From positions 32,653-74,810 of the forward strand of contig PMYF01000669.1 of assembly GCA_003171295.1 (NCBI GenBank): DNA of 42,158 bases. The letters are read 5' to 3'. Numbering within the stretch: the first letter of the stretch is position 1; every line of letters begins with the position of its first letter. This stretch comes from Acidobacteriota bacterium. GTDB lineage: Bacteria > Acidobacteriota > Terriglobia > UBA7540. Of the stretch, positions 27,653 through 36,083 are shown piece after piece. A model generated the notes under the pieces. The model made no database searches, was not told where the DNA came from, and worked only from the letters and a program-made list of their open reading frames with translations. Position numbers and translations under genes: made by a program.

Positions 27653-29737
27653 CTACCGCTTCGCAGCAACCAGGATTAGTTTCTCAGTTGTAACCTGAAC
27701 AGGAGCAGCAATCAAGGCCAGGCGATCCAAGTCGAACTCTTTGTATAGGTCCAGGCAGAATAACTCAGGCGCCTCTTGGAAAGTGACCGGCGTGTCCAGG
27801 ACAAACTTCAGGCTGGGAATACCCTCATGAATCACGACCTGTGAGAACAGGTCGGGTTGCAGTGCCGCGGCAATCAGGCCCGCTACCTGATTCCGCATAC
27901 CCGAAATCTCAACTCTAACCTTCCGCACTCCAGCGCGTGTGCAGGCCCACCGGCTGATCGCAATCAACTGCGCTGCCTGCAGACCCAGGGGCCGATCCCC
28001 TGTCCCGTGAAGAATCTGCGCATAGAGGTAGGGGCCAATCGGTCCATAGAACGGACCCTGCGTTAGGTGCAGCCAGGCATCTCCGATAAACGCCAAGTCA
28101 ACTGCCACGACTTGCTCGCCGCGATTGACACGGTCCGCAACCTCTCTCGCTGACGCTGGCATGCCCCCATCATTCAGCACAATTGTCAATGGGTCGGAGT
28201 CACCGGTGGTGATCGCTTTAAGCCAAACAGTGCTGGCACTGAGGCCGTTCGTCATCTCCAGTAGATAAGCCTTGGTATCAAGTCCCTTGTTTTTGGTATT
28301 CGCGACGGCCCAAGCGCGATGGACTTGTACCGGCTTGTAGCGAACCAGATTATCTAGCTGTTTTCGTTGAAACACAGCCCATGCTGCGGTGTCGGATGGT
28401 ACCGGCGGACGGTGAATCCAGCCCGCGAGTCTTACCGCAAGCCACAAAACCGTGAGGTTTTCCGGGGGCAACCCGACCCTTAGCTCTTCAAAACTCTTGA
28501 TTTCAGAATCCACTGCAAGCCCCGGATCCAGCGGTGGCAGATCGAAGTTCTTCGCGAAAAATCTATACGCCTGCAAGCGATTGTCGAGTTGATAGTTGTG
28601 CGTGCCCGGATCCGTGTTTTCGTGCCAGCCGAAGTCGCCGCCCTTCCCATAGAGATCGAAGACGGGTTTGATGGAATCGTACAGCAGCGGCTTAACGAGT
28701 GGCGCCCGGAAGCAGGCATCGTCCTCCGCATTGTAAATAAGCAGCGTGGGCCGCGGCGCCATCAAGGCGACAAGATGCGTGTAATCCTGCCCATCGAACA
28801 AGTCCGTGGGGAACTGTTCAACGTCTCCGAGGTCTCCAAAGTATCGTGCTTCAATTCTCGATTGCAGGGAGGAGAAACCTGCAACCGGAACGGCAAACTT
28901 CACCCGTTCATCAAGGGAACTGAGGACGATCGTCTGCCACCCACCTCCGGATAATCCCGTTATACCCAGCCGATTCCGATCGACATTGGGATGATTATAG
29001 AGATAGTCAAGCCCCTTGCGCATTGCCAGGTAGAAGAGACCCGACTCGTTTACCCCAACCAGATCCAAGTGCGCCCCGAACCAGTGCTGATTCTCTTTCT
29101 GGCTCAATTCCCCCAGCCCGATCCATTCCAGGTTCAGCGCCAGGATGTGGTGCATGGCAAAATTGATGCAGCGTTTCTGTTTGTATTCAATGGATTTGCC
29201 GGGAGGGCCCACGTGCCCGTTCAGATTCAGTACGGCGGGAAGCTTCCCCGTGAGGTTTTTCGGCTCATAAAGAAGCGCCGTGGACTGAAAACCTGGAACA
29301 ATTTCATATCGCAATTTGCGGATGCAGTATCCCTTGCCGGTTTCGACAACTCCGAGATCTTCGAATCGAGGTGGAGCATTCACCCATTCGCGCGGCCACC
29401 CGTGTAGGACAACATCATTCCGCAAGTGCTCCCGTAGAATCTTCGCCTTGGAATTCCACTCGCCGGAGCTCTGCGGATGCGGCGGCGGGGCAATACGATG
29501 GAGCAGGTATTGACGTAGTTGGAATATCCCAACTTGAGGCGGCAAAATCTCCTCGCTCAGGATCTTTCTGAGCTGCTGAGGCCCGACCTGGGCGGACACG
29601 AACGGGGTAAGAACGCCACTGAAACCCAACGCCAGCGTGAGGGCCCCCGCGCGGAGCACAATATCGCGAGCTACGCTGAATCTTGGATGCCCGGATCGAA
29701 GGCGGCGCGATCTACATTGCCCGGCATCGGGGGTCAT
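27653..29737 (-). CDS. secreted two-lobed alpha/beta-hydrolase (carbohydrate-esterase-like), copy B
   Basis: ATG at 29737 with GGGAG 7 nt upstream. This start avoids overlapping the upstream cyclase gene. ITGLSGGGWQT nucleophile elbow. Colinear with copy A, including the C-terminal lobe (VRVEISGMRNQVAGLIAAAL). Confidence 0.8.
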   Translation of the reverse strand: MTPDAGQCRSRRLRSGHPRFSVARDIVLRAGALTLALGFSGVLTPFVSAQVGPQQLRKILSEEILPPQVGIFQLRQYLLHRIAPPPHPQSSGEWNSKAKILREHLRNDVVLHGWPREWVNAPPRFEDLGVVETGKGYCIRKLRYEIVPGFQSTALLYEPKNLTGKLPAVLNLNGHVGPPGKSIEYKQKRCINFAMHHILALNLEWIGLGELSQKENQHWFGAHLDLVGVNESGLFYLAMRKGLDYLYNHPNVDRNRLGITGLSGGGWQTIVLSSLDERVKFAVPVAGFSSLQSRIEARYFGDLGDVEQFPTDLFDGQDYTHLVALMAPRPTLLIYNAEDDACFRAPLVKPLLYDSIKPVFDLYGKGGDFGWHENTDPGTHNYQLDNRLQAYRFFAKNFDLPPLDPGLAVDSEIKSFEELRVGLPPENLTVLWLAVRLAGWIHRPPVPSDTAAWAVFQRKQLDNLVRYKPVQVHRAWAVANTKNKGLDTKAYLLEMTNGLSASTVWLKAITTGDSDPLTIVLNDGGMPASAREVADRVNRGEQVVAVDLAFIGDAWLHLTQGPFYGPIGPYLYAQILHGTGDRPLGLQAAQLIAISRWACTRAGVRKVRVEISGMRNQVAGLIAAALQPDLFSQVVIHEGIPSLKFVLDTPVTFQEAPELFCLDLYKEFDLDRLALIAAPVQVTTEKLILVAAKR

Positions 29738-29792
29738 ATATTCACTCCCACCTGGTTTTTCCTGAGGGAACGCGGCTCTCACGGGTCGCATG

Positions 29793-30482
29793 CTATGCCC
29801 TCCTATGCTCTTCTGCATCGACTTCATCCCCGAACGCCAAACCTTCAATCGCCAACACGCGGACGGGGCAGGAGTCGAGGCCGACATTGGGGAGGGGCGC
29901 ATAAACGATAAGAAATGCATCTTGTCGAAGCTGATCGAGGTTCTTTACAACTTCCAGAACCAGAATGTCTTCACTCAGCAGAATCTCATGGAACATCTGG
30001 CAACCCAGCGGTTCATTCTCAATCGCGATACCGTCTCCCCATCCCACGCACTGCACGTGCTTTTCCAGGAACCAGAGTCCGGCTTCCTTGGACAAGTCCG
30101 GGCGGCGGTCGTCAGGTGATGAGACGAACGGTTCGGAATGAAACGGGGAATCGAGCAGCACGGTATCACCTCGGCGCACCCACCCGCGATCAGCCTGATC
30201 GAGATCCGTTCGCCGAATCGGCGCGTTCGGGCCGGCTTTCTCGAGATTCAGCAAGACCCCCCGACCGCAAAACGCACTCGGTGGCAACCTGCTGCCATCC
30301 TTCCAGCCTTCCTTGAAGTGATAGGGGAACTCGAGATGCGTACCGAGGTGAGAGGAGATGTCAATTTCGCTGTGGAACCCATCCGCACCGTTTACTACCG
30401 TGTAGTACCGGCGAACGGCACACCTGCGCTTCTCCGTGGCGGGATCGAGTAGTTTCGCAAGGTCAACAATGCGCATACCCAT
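29793..30482 (-). CDS. putative cyclase-family (kynurenine-formamidase-like) metal hydrolase
   Basis: SSHLGTHLEFPYH matches the HxGTHxDxPxH signature of the cyclase/arylformamidase family, with Glu in place of Asp. Length 229 aa. First gene of the long minus-strand block. Confidence 0.65.
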   Translation of the reverse strand: MGMRIVDLAKLLDPATEKRRCAVRRYYTVVNGADGFHSEIDISSHLGTHLEFPYHFKEGWKDGSRLPPSAFCGRGVLLNLEKAGPNAPIRRTDLDQADRGWVRRGDTVLLDSPFHSEPFVSSPDDRRPDLSKEAGLWFLEKHVQCVGWGDGIAIENEPLGCQMFHEILLSEDILVLEVVKNLDQLRQDAFLIVYAPLPNVGLDSCPVRVLAIEGLAFGDEVDAEEHRRA

Positions 30483-31098
30483 ATCGATCCGTCAGAGCCT
30501 TTGAGGTGTGATCTTATACGTCCGATGCCGCTGACCCTGATACCCAAGCCAAAGTCAGCTTGGCGCCCAAATCACGTCACCTGAGCAATTCACTTGTGTT
30601 GAACTCAAACTGCCTGCGTTCCTATCATGCCCGATTACAAGCTGTCAAGATGGTTTTTCTCACTCCCTTGCGTCTTTTTCAAGCGCAAAGCACCCGTTGT
30701 TGGGCAGCATGCTGGCAGAGCATCGGGGAAGGCTCGGCCCCGGCCCCATGGGGAGGCTACGCTCGACTTCACTCTTAGGCGCTTCGCCGGATTATCAGGT
30801 AAATTACAACGCGAACTCGCGACGTAGAAAGTACAGGCATTTCAGCAAAGGCCGCCAAGTCTTAGCTAACATCCATGCAATCCATGTGTTACGATAAACA
30901 GATGCAACTTGCAAGGGGTTGAGCGGCGACACCAATTAGCTTTGGGAATTGATTACATAACCTTGGCCCGTCCCAATCCAAGGTGTAGATTCGGGCTCCA
31001 AGTCACGGGAAGTGCCGGGGTCGCCGGCAGACTTTGGCCTTGGCCTGCCCGATCGTACCGAAAAAACAGAGTGTTGGATTCATGAAACCATTAGGCCT

Positions 31099-31114
31099 TT
31101 CCGATAATCGGGAA
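31099..31114. promoter_or_regulatory. candidate operator, TTCCGATAATCGGGAA (inverted repeat CCGAT-A-ATCGG) in the LacI/cyclase divergent region
   Basis: Perfect 5-bp arms around one central base. 12 of 14 positions match the reverse complement of 36452..36465 (TTCCGAAATCGGTA), which lies in the enolase/GH2 divergent region. Short and untested. Confidence 0.25.
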
Positions 31115-31360
31115 GAGATTAGAAGTCTTGCGCTTATCGTATGCGAGCGGAACCAAATTCGGCACACAACATGCCCAGTTAGCATTACTGCCGGCTGCGC
31201 GCTCAGAAAGGTGTTGGACCGAGGGTCGCAATGTCGTATCCTATGGATGGGAGAGAGAGTTCGCGATATATCATGCGTTCTCGAAAGTCAGAAAAGGTCC
31301 TGAAATATTTCTTGACAATCCTCTTGCCATGCTGGTAAGTACGCTCCAGTAGATATTCCC

Positions 31361-32470
31361 ATGACTCGAAATGAAAAACCAAAGGATTCGGGAGAGGCGG
31401 CTCCATACAAAGCAACCCTCCGAAATGTCGCCCGGCTTGCCGGAGTCAGTGTAGCAACTGTTTCCAGAGTCATGACGGGCAGGGCACGCGTAAGCGAAAA
31501 CATTGCTGAAAGGGTACTGAAATCTGCGAGCGAGCTAGGCGTCGACCTCAACCGATGGAACAAATCGAAATTGATTGCATTTCTGCTGTGCAACCGCGCC
31601 GTGCTGCACCCGTTTCACTCACACATACTCTTGGGGGCGGAAGCGAGCAGCGCTGAACATGGTTGGAACATGCTTTTCCTCACGCTGCGCTACCCGCCGA
31701 ACCAGAACTGGCGTGATATTCACATTCCGAGGATCCTCGAACGGCGTGACTTGGCAAGCGGATTCATCATAGCGGGGACCAGCTCACAGAATCTTCTAGA
31801 CTTGCTCAAACACGAACGTGTCCCGCTCGCTGTTTTAGGCAACAACGTTTTGGGAGAGTGGCGACCGGAAGAGCACGACGTTGTTTGGTTCGATGATACT
31901 CAAGGTGCAGTGGAAGAGACTTCCTATCTGCTGTCGTTGGGGCACCGCGACATCTGGTATGTTGGAAACACGAAGCTTCCGTGGTATCGCCGACGCTACG
32001 AGGGTTACTGCCGTGCGATGCAGGCGGCGGGACTAAAACCGCTGCTTAGCGAGGTCGACTCTGAAAAGGACGAAGAAACGGGGTTCCTGGCGACCAAGAG
32101 CCTCTTTTCCCGAGGCAAGCCCGTCACCGCGATTTTTGCGGGTGGCGATCCCGCGGCGGAGGGTGTTTTCAAAGCCTTGCGGGACTGCGGTGTCCGTATT
32201 CCTGAGGATGTCAGCGTGGCCGGCTTCAATGATATCGAAGCTGGGTCAATGCATCCTGCTCTGACATCAGTCCGAGTCTTCACGGAGCAAATCGGCAGGC
32301 ATCTATCCCGGATGCTCCTGAATAGGATCGAAGACCCCGGACTCGCGAGACAATACATCACGATTCCTACCCAGTTGATAAAACGCGAATCATGCCAACC
32401 ACTCCCGGTTGTGACTGAAACCAGTCCCGAGGGGACCATCCAGCGGACAGGAAACAGCGACAGACCCTAG
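31361..32470 (+). CDS. LacI/GalR-family transcriptional regulator
   Basis: N-terminal HTH ATLRNVARLAGVSVATVSRVMTGRARVSENIAERVLKSASELG, followed by a sugar-binding (periplasmic-binding-protein-like) domain. 369 aa. Confidence 0.9.
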   Translation: MTRNEKPKDSGEAAPYKATLRNVARLAGVSVATVSRVMTGRARVSENIAERVLKSASELGVDLNRWNKSKLIAFLLCNRAVLHPFHSHILLGAEASSAEHGWNMLFLTLRYPPNQNWRDIHIPRILERRDLASGFIIAGTSSQNLLDLLKHERVPLAVLGNNVLGEWRPEEHDVVWFDDTQGAVEETSYLLSLGHRDIWYVGNTKLPWYRRRYEGYCRAMQAAGLKPLLSEVDSEKDEETGFLATKSLFSRGKPVTAIFAGGDPAAEGVFKALRDCGVRIPEDVSVAGFNDIEAGSMHPALTSVRVFTEQIGRHLSRMLLNRIEDPGLARQYITIPTQLIKRESCQPLPVVTETSPEGTIQRTGNSDRP

Positions 32471-32653
32471 CCGCTGCTGGAATTGTGTCACCAAGCAGCA
32501 CCCGGGAACCAGTGGGCCCTGAGCAAACAGCGTAAACCGATAAAGGCTGTCTCAGAACGGGAGGTTTCTGAATGGGTCACAACGCAAATTATTGGTTACC
32601 CCTTGTCAAGACTGCCATTTTGCGAATTTTGAAATAGCCACGATGAGTACCGG

Positions 32654-33946
32654 ATGAAAATGCCCAAGCTAGCCACTCCTGCAGGCAGCTCCGCAACGCG
32701 ACAAGCCAAAATCCTCATTGCCCTTTTGTTCTTCTCTACCCTGATCAATTACCTGGATCGTCAAACGCTCTCCATGATCGCGCCTGTAATCCGCAAGACT
32801 CTCTCGCTCTCAGCGATCGATTATTCCCATATCGTTTTCGCGTTCTTGCTCGGATACACCCTTAGTCAGGCGTTGGCAGGAAGTCTCATAGATCGTATTG
32901 GAACGCGCACGGGCATGATCTTATGTGTGGCCGTGTGGTCTGTCGCGGCAGTGCTACATTCCCTTGCGGTGGGGGTCGTCAGTTTCTGCGTGTTTCGTTT
33001 TCTCCTCGGCATTGCGGAGGCAGGTAACTGGCCTGGCTCCGTAAAGGCCGTAAGCGAGCACTTCCCTCCAGAGAGGAGTGCGTTTGCGGTTGGCCTTTTC
33101 AATAGTGGCTCCTCTGTCGGCGCAATCATTGCTCCGCCCTTGGTGATTTCCATCGTACAGCAGTGGGGCTGGCGCAGCATGTTCGTCGGAGTTGGGGCTT
33201 CCGGGTTCGTGTGGATTCTGTTGTGGCAAAAGTTCTATCGAGCCGCACCAGGACAAACCCTCGAGCGCCCGGAAGCCGCCACGTCACAGATACGGTTCGG
33301 GACTCGTGCTTATCTGCAGTCCAGAAATGTCTGGGGCCTTATGATAGGAAGATTCTTCGCTGACCCCGTCTGGTGGTTTTACGCCTTCTGGCTTCCAGAG
33401 TATCTGGTCAAGAGTCGGGGTTTCAGTCTGGCGAACATCGCTACGATCGTCTGGATTCCCTTCGCCTTTGCCGCTGTCGGTAACTGGGCGGGGGGGCATG
33501 TGTCGGGGTTTCTCCTACGACGCGGCTTCCCTGCCGCTGCGTCGCGAAAAGCCGTCATGGTGTGCAGCGCTATTCTGATGCTCGCAGGCCTGCCGGCGGT
33601 TCGGGCGCAAACTCGTTTCGCGGTGATCGCATGGATCAGCGTTGTGCTGTTTGCATATTCCAGTTGGGCGGCTAATATTCTAAGTTTACCTGCGGACCTG
33701 TTCACTCCCCGGGAAGTTGGCCGGGTTACGGGACTGAGTGGGACCGGCGGTGCGATCGGCGGAATGTTATTTACCCTGCTTACCGGCTGGCTTGTCCAGA
33801 ACTCCTCGTATACGCCCGTATTTGCGGTAGCGTGCGGGATGATCGTATGTGCGGCAATGGCGGTTACTGTTTTGATACGAGAGAGACTCCCGGTCGCGGC
33901 CTTGCTCGACGCGGAGTCCGCCGGAGCCCTGGAACGCTCGCCGTGA
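32654..33946 (+). CDS. exuT: MFS transporter of the anion:cation symporter family, hexuronate transporter (ExuT)-like
   Basis: Blocks closely recall E. coli ExuT: YLDRQTLSMIAPV; FPPERSAFAVGLFNSGSSVGAIIAPPLV (ExuT has ERSIAVGYFNVGSSIGAMIAPPLV); GRFFADPVWWFYAFWLPEYL; LPADLFTPREVGRVTGLSGTGGAIG. About 12 hydrophobic segments. Confidence 0.75.
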   Translation: MKMPKLATPAGSSATRQAKILIALLFFSTLINYLDRQTLSMIAPVIRKTLSLSAIDYSHIVFAFLLGYTLSQALAGSLIDRIGTRTGMILCVAVWSVAAVLHSLAVGVVSFCVFRFLLGIAEAGNWPGSVKAVSEHFPPERSAFAVGLFNSGSSVGAIIAPPLVISIVQQWGWRSMFVGVGASGFVWILLWQKFYRAAPGQTLERPEAATSQIRFGTRAYLQSRNVWGLMIGRFFADPVWWFYAFWLPEYLVKSRGFSLANIATIVWIPFAFAAVGNWAGGHVSGFLLRRGFPAAASRKAVMVCSAILMLAGLPAVRAQTRFAVIAWISVVLFAYSSWAANILSLPADLFTPREVGRVTGLSGTGGAIGGMLFTLLTGWLVQNSSYTPVFAVACGMIVCAAMAVTVLIRERLPVAALLDAESAGALERSP

Positions 33947-33962
33947 CGATTCCTGTGAATAT

Positions 33963-34739
33963 ATGAATTACTCAGGTTTTGATCTGGACGGCAAGCACGC
34001 GCTCGTGTTCGGCGGCACGAGCGGCATTGGAAAATCCATCGCTCTCGCGCTGGCAGAAGCAGGTGCGGACGTTGTCCCCATCGGCCGGGGGATTAATGAG
34101 GTCTCGAAGACGGCCCGCGAAATCCGGGCGCTGGGGAAGCGCTCCCTCGAGATCGCTGCCGACGTGACGCGACGCAGCGAGGTGCAACGGGCGGTCGACA
34201 CCCTGCTGCAGGAAATGGGGACAATCGATATTTTGGTAAACTCCGCGGGGGCAACGAGGCGTGTGGCCTCCTTTGACCTTAATGACCGGGATTTTGACCA
34301 CATCCTCGACGTAAACCTTAAAGGGACGTGGTATGCCTGCCAGATTGTGGGCCGAATAATGCGGCGCCAGATGTACGGACGCATCATCAACATCGGCTCC
34401 ATCGCATCTTTTCTCAGTGCCCACGAGGTCGTTGCCTATTCGGCGAGCAAAGCGGCGGTGGTCATGCTGAGCCGCTGCCTTGCCGCAGAATGGGCGCCGT
34501 ACAACATTACGGTCAACGTTATTGCTCCGGGCTTTTTTGAGACGCCCCTGAACCGCCACTTAATCAATGAGCCCAAGCGCAAAGCTTCGATCCTTAGTCA
34601 CACGCCCATGAAGCGGTTCGGAAATCTGGACGAGATCAAGGGGGCTGCGGTCTTTCTGGCGTCGGATGCTGCCAGCTATGTAACAGGAGAGACCCTTTCG
34701 GTAGACGGCGGGTTCCTCATCCAGGGCGTGGGGCCTTGA
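33963..34739 (+). CDS. classical short-chain dehydrogenase/reductase (KduD / 2-keto-3-deoxy-sugar-acid dehydrogenase-like)
   Basis: GGTSGIGKS cofactor motif, NSAG, and YSASKAAV catalytic YxxxK. 258 aa. Starts 16 nt after the transporter stop codon. Confidence 0.85.
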   Translation: MNYSGFDLDGKHALVFGGTSGIGKSIALALAEAGADVVPIGRGINEVSKTAREIRALGKRSLEIAADVTRRSEVQRAVDTLLQEMGTIDILVNSAGATRRVASFDLNDRDFDHILDVNLKGTWYACQIVGRIMRRQMYGRIINIGSIASFLSAHEVVAYSASKAAVVMLSRCLAAEWAPYNITVNVIAPGFFETPLNRHLINEPKRKASILSHTPMKRFGNLDEIKGAAVFLASDAASYVTGETLSVDGGFLIQGVGP

Positions 34740-34834
34740 CCAGAGGCGAATTCCCAGCCTGCTGTCTGGCCGCCGCGAAACCCCGCGCCAGCCTCATGGA
34801 ACCGCTCCAGGCCATTGCAGTAGCTGCGTGACCA

Positions 34835-34971
34835 GGCTGCGGGAAAACCCGTCGGGACTGTCATTCTGAGGAGCCGCAGGCGACGAAGAATCTCGTATTG
34901 CCATGAAAATGCGCAGAGCGCGATTCTTCGCTGTGCTCAGAATGACAGCAGGGAAGCGTTTTTCCGCAGCC
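34835..34971. repeat. 137-bp nested imperfect palindrome (REP/MITE-like) filling the gap between convergent genes
   Basis: Outer arms: GGCTGCGGGAAAAC (34835-34848) with GTTTTTCCGCAGCC (34958-34971). Middle arms: CTGTCATTCTGAG (34858-34870) with CTCAGAATGACAG (34936-34948), 13/13. Inner arms: CGAAGAATC (34884-34892) with GATTCTTCG (34922-34930). Confidence 0.8.
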
Positions 34972-34973
34972 TG

Positions 34974-36083
34974 TTAAAGCCGCTTGACGGTGCAGTTGTC
35001 AATATAGTCCCAATCAAAATCCACACCGATACCTGCTGTGCGCGGCGGATGAGCGTAGCCATCTGCGTCAATGTGCAGCGGCGTTTTCATCCCGAAGTCG
35101 AAATGCGACATGGGATAGAGCAGTTCGAAGAATTCACAGTTTGAAACGGCGCAGGCGCAATGCAGATTCACGATATCCATCGCATGATACACGGAAGTGT
35201 GAATTTCACATTGTGCGCCGAACGACTCCGCCAGGTGCGCTGTTTTCATGACTGCCGTGACCCCACCCTTCCAGGAAACATCCGCTCGCACCATGTCCAC
35301 AACTCCCGTGGCAAGGCATTCCGCAATGGAATAATTGTTGCCCGCAAGAACCTCGGTACCGCAAACGGGGATATCCAGGCTGGCAGCAAGTCTGCGGAGC
35401 CCGCCAAAATCCACGTCAAAGAGAGGCTCTTCAAACCAGTGGTATTTCAGCCGCTCTAACTCCCGCCCCACTCGCAACGCCTGCTCGTGATTGTAGGCCG
35501 CAACCGGATCAGCCATGAGCGGAAAGTCCGGCCCCACAGCTTCCCGGCAAGCCCGGTAGATCTCCAGATCCAAATCCACTCTTCCGGGGGGATGCACTTT
35601 GTAGGCGTGCCATCTCTGATCCTTGATCTCGACAGCTTGCCGCACATATTCCGTGACGGTCGAAAGCACCAGCGAACTGCCATATACGGGAACCTTGTCG
35701 CGATATTCACCCAACAACCTGTATAGCGGCAGCCCAGCCATCTTCCCTGCAATGTCCCATAAACAGATGTCAAACGGTCCGTAAGAGTAAATGGGCACGT
35801 GGTTCAGCCAGCGATCGTGCATCCTGAACTCGCACCAGTGCTTTTCACGCGCCAAGGGATCCCTTCCCAGGAAGAAGTCTTTTAGCGCCGCTTGGGCGAT
35901 ATACCCCGACATCTCCGCGCCTCTTGCGGCAAAACCAAAGGAAGACGCTTCCATGCCCGCATCGGTCCGCATCGTGATAACCAGAAAATCAACGTTGGTG
36001 CGCCCGCCCACCCGCATTTCAGATTCCGCCCAACCCTCTCCCCTGTTCCTGCAGAGGCGGATCTCGATATTGTCGATGACCAT
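34974..36083 (-). CDS. enolase-superfamily enzyme with an atypical K-x-H second-strand motif
   Basis: Metal ligands in LMADPVAAY, WFEEP and CGTEVL. RADVSWKGG and CEIHTS are His-Asp dyad candidates. AYKVHPP aligns with the VKMKVG motif of the other enolase-superfamily gene. Confidence 0.8.
   Translation of the reverse strand: MVIDNIEIRLCRNRGEGWAESEMRVGGRTNVDFLVITMRTDAGMEASSFGFAARGAEMSGYIAQAALKDFFLGRDPLAREKHWCEFRMHDRWLNHVPIYSYGPFDICLWDIAGKMAGLPLYRLLGEYRDKVPVYGSSLVLSTVTEYVRQAVEIKDQRWHAYKVHPPGRVDLDLEIYRACREAVGPDFPLMADPVAAYNHEQALRVGRELERLKYHWFEEPLFDVDFGGLRRLAASLDIPVCGTEVLAGNNYSIAECLATGVVDMVRADVSWKGGVTAVMKTAHLAESFGAQCEIHTSVYHAMDIVNLHCACAVSNCEFFELLYPMSHFDFGMKTPLHIDADGYAHPPRTAGIGVDFDWDYIDNCTVKRL

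Noticed and set aside
29738-29920. Long N-terminal extensions of several minus-strand ORFs (27653..29920, 14473..18207, 12144..14186, 24624..27596, 23937..24458)
   Set aside because: Internal ATGs with GGAG-type RBSs give proper signal peptides. In the first case the internal start also removes the overlap with the upstream cyclase gene.
31312-31317. TTGACA hexamers (31312-31317 on plus, 30648-30643 on minus) as promoters
   Set aside because: At 17-19 bp spacing the best -10 candidates (GTAAGT/TAAGTA, TAGGAA) are poor. They are mentioned only as context and not called as features.
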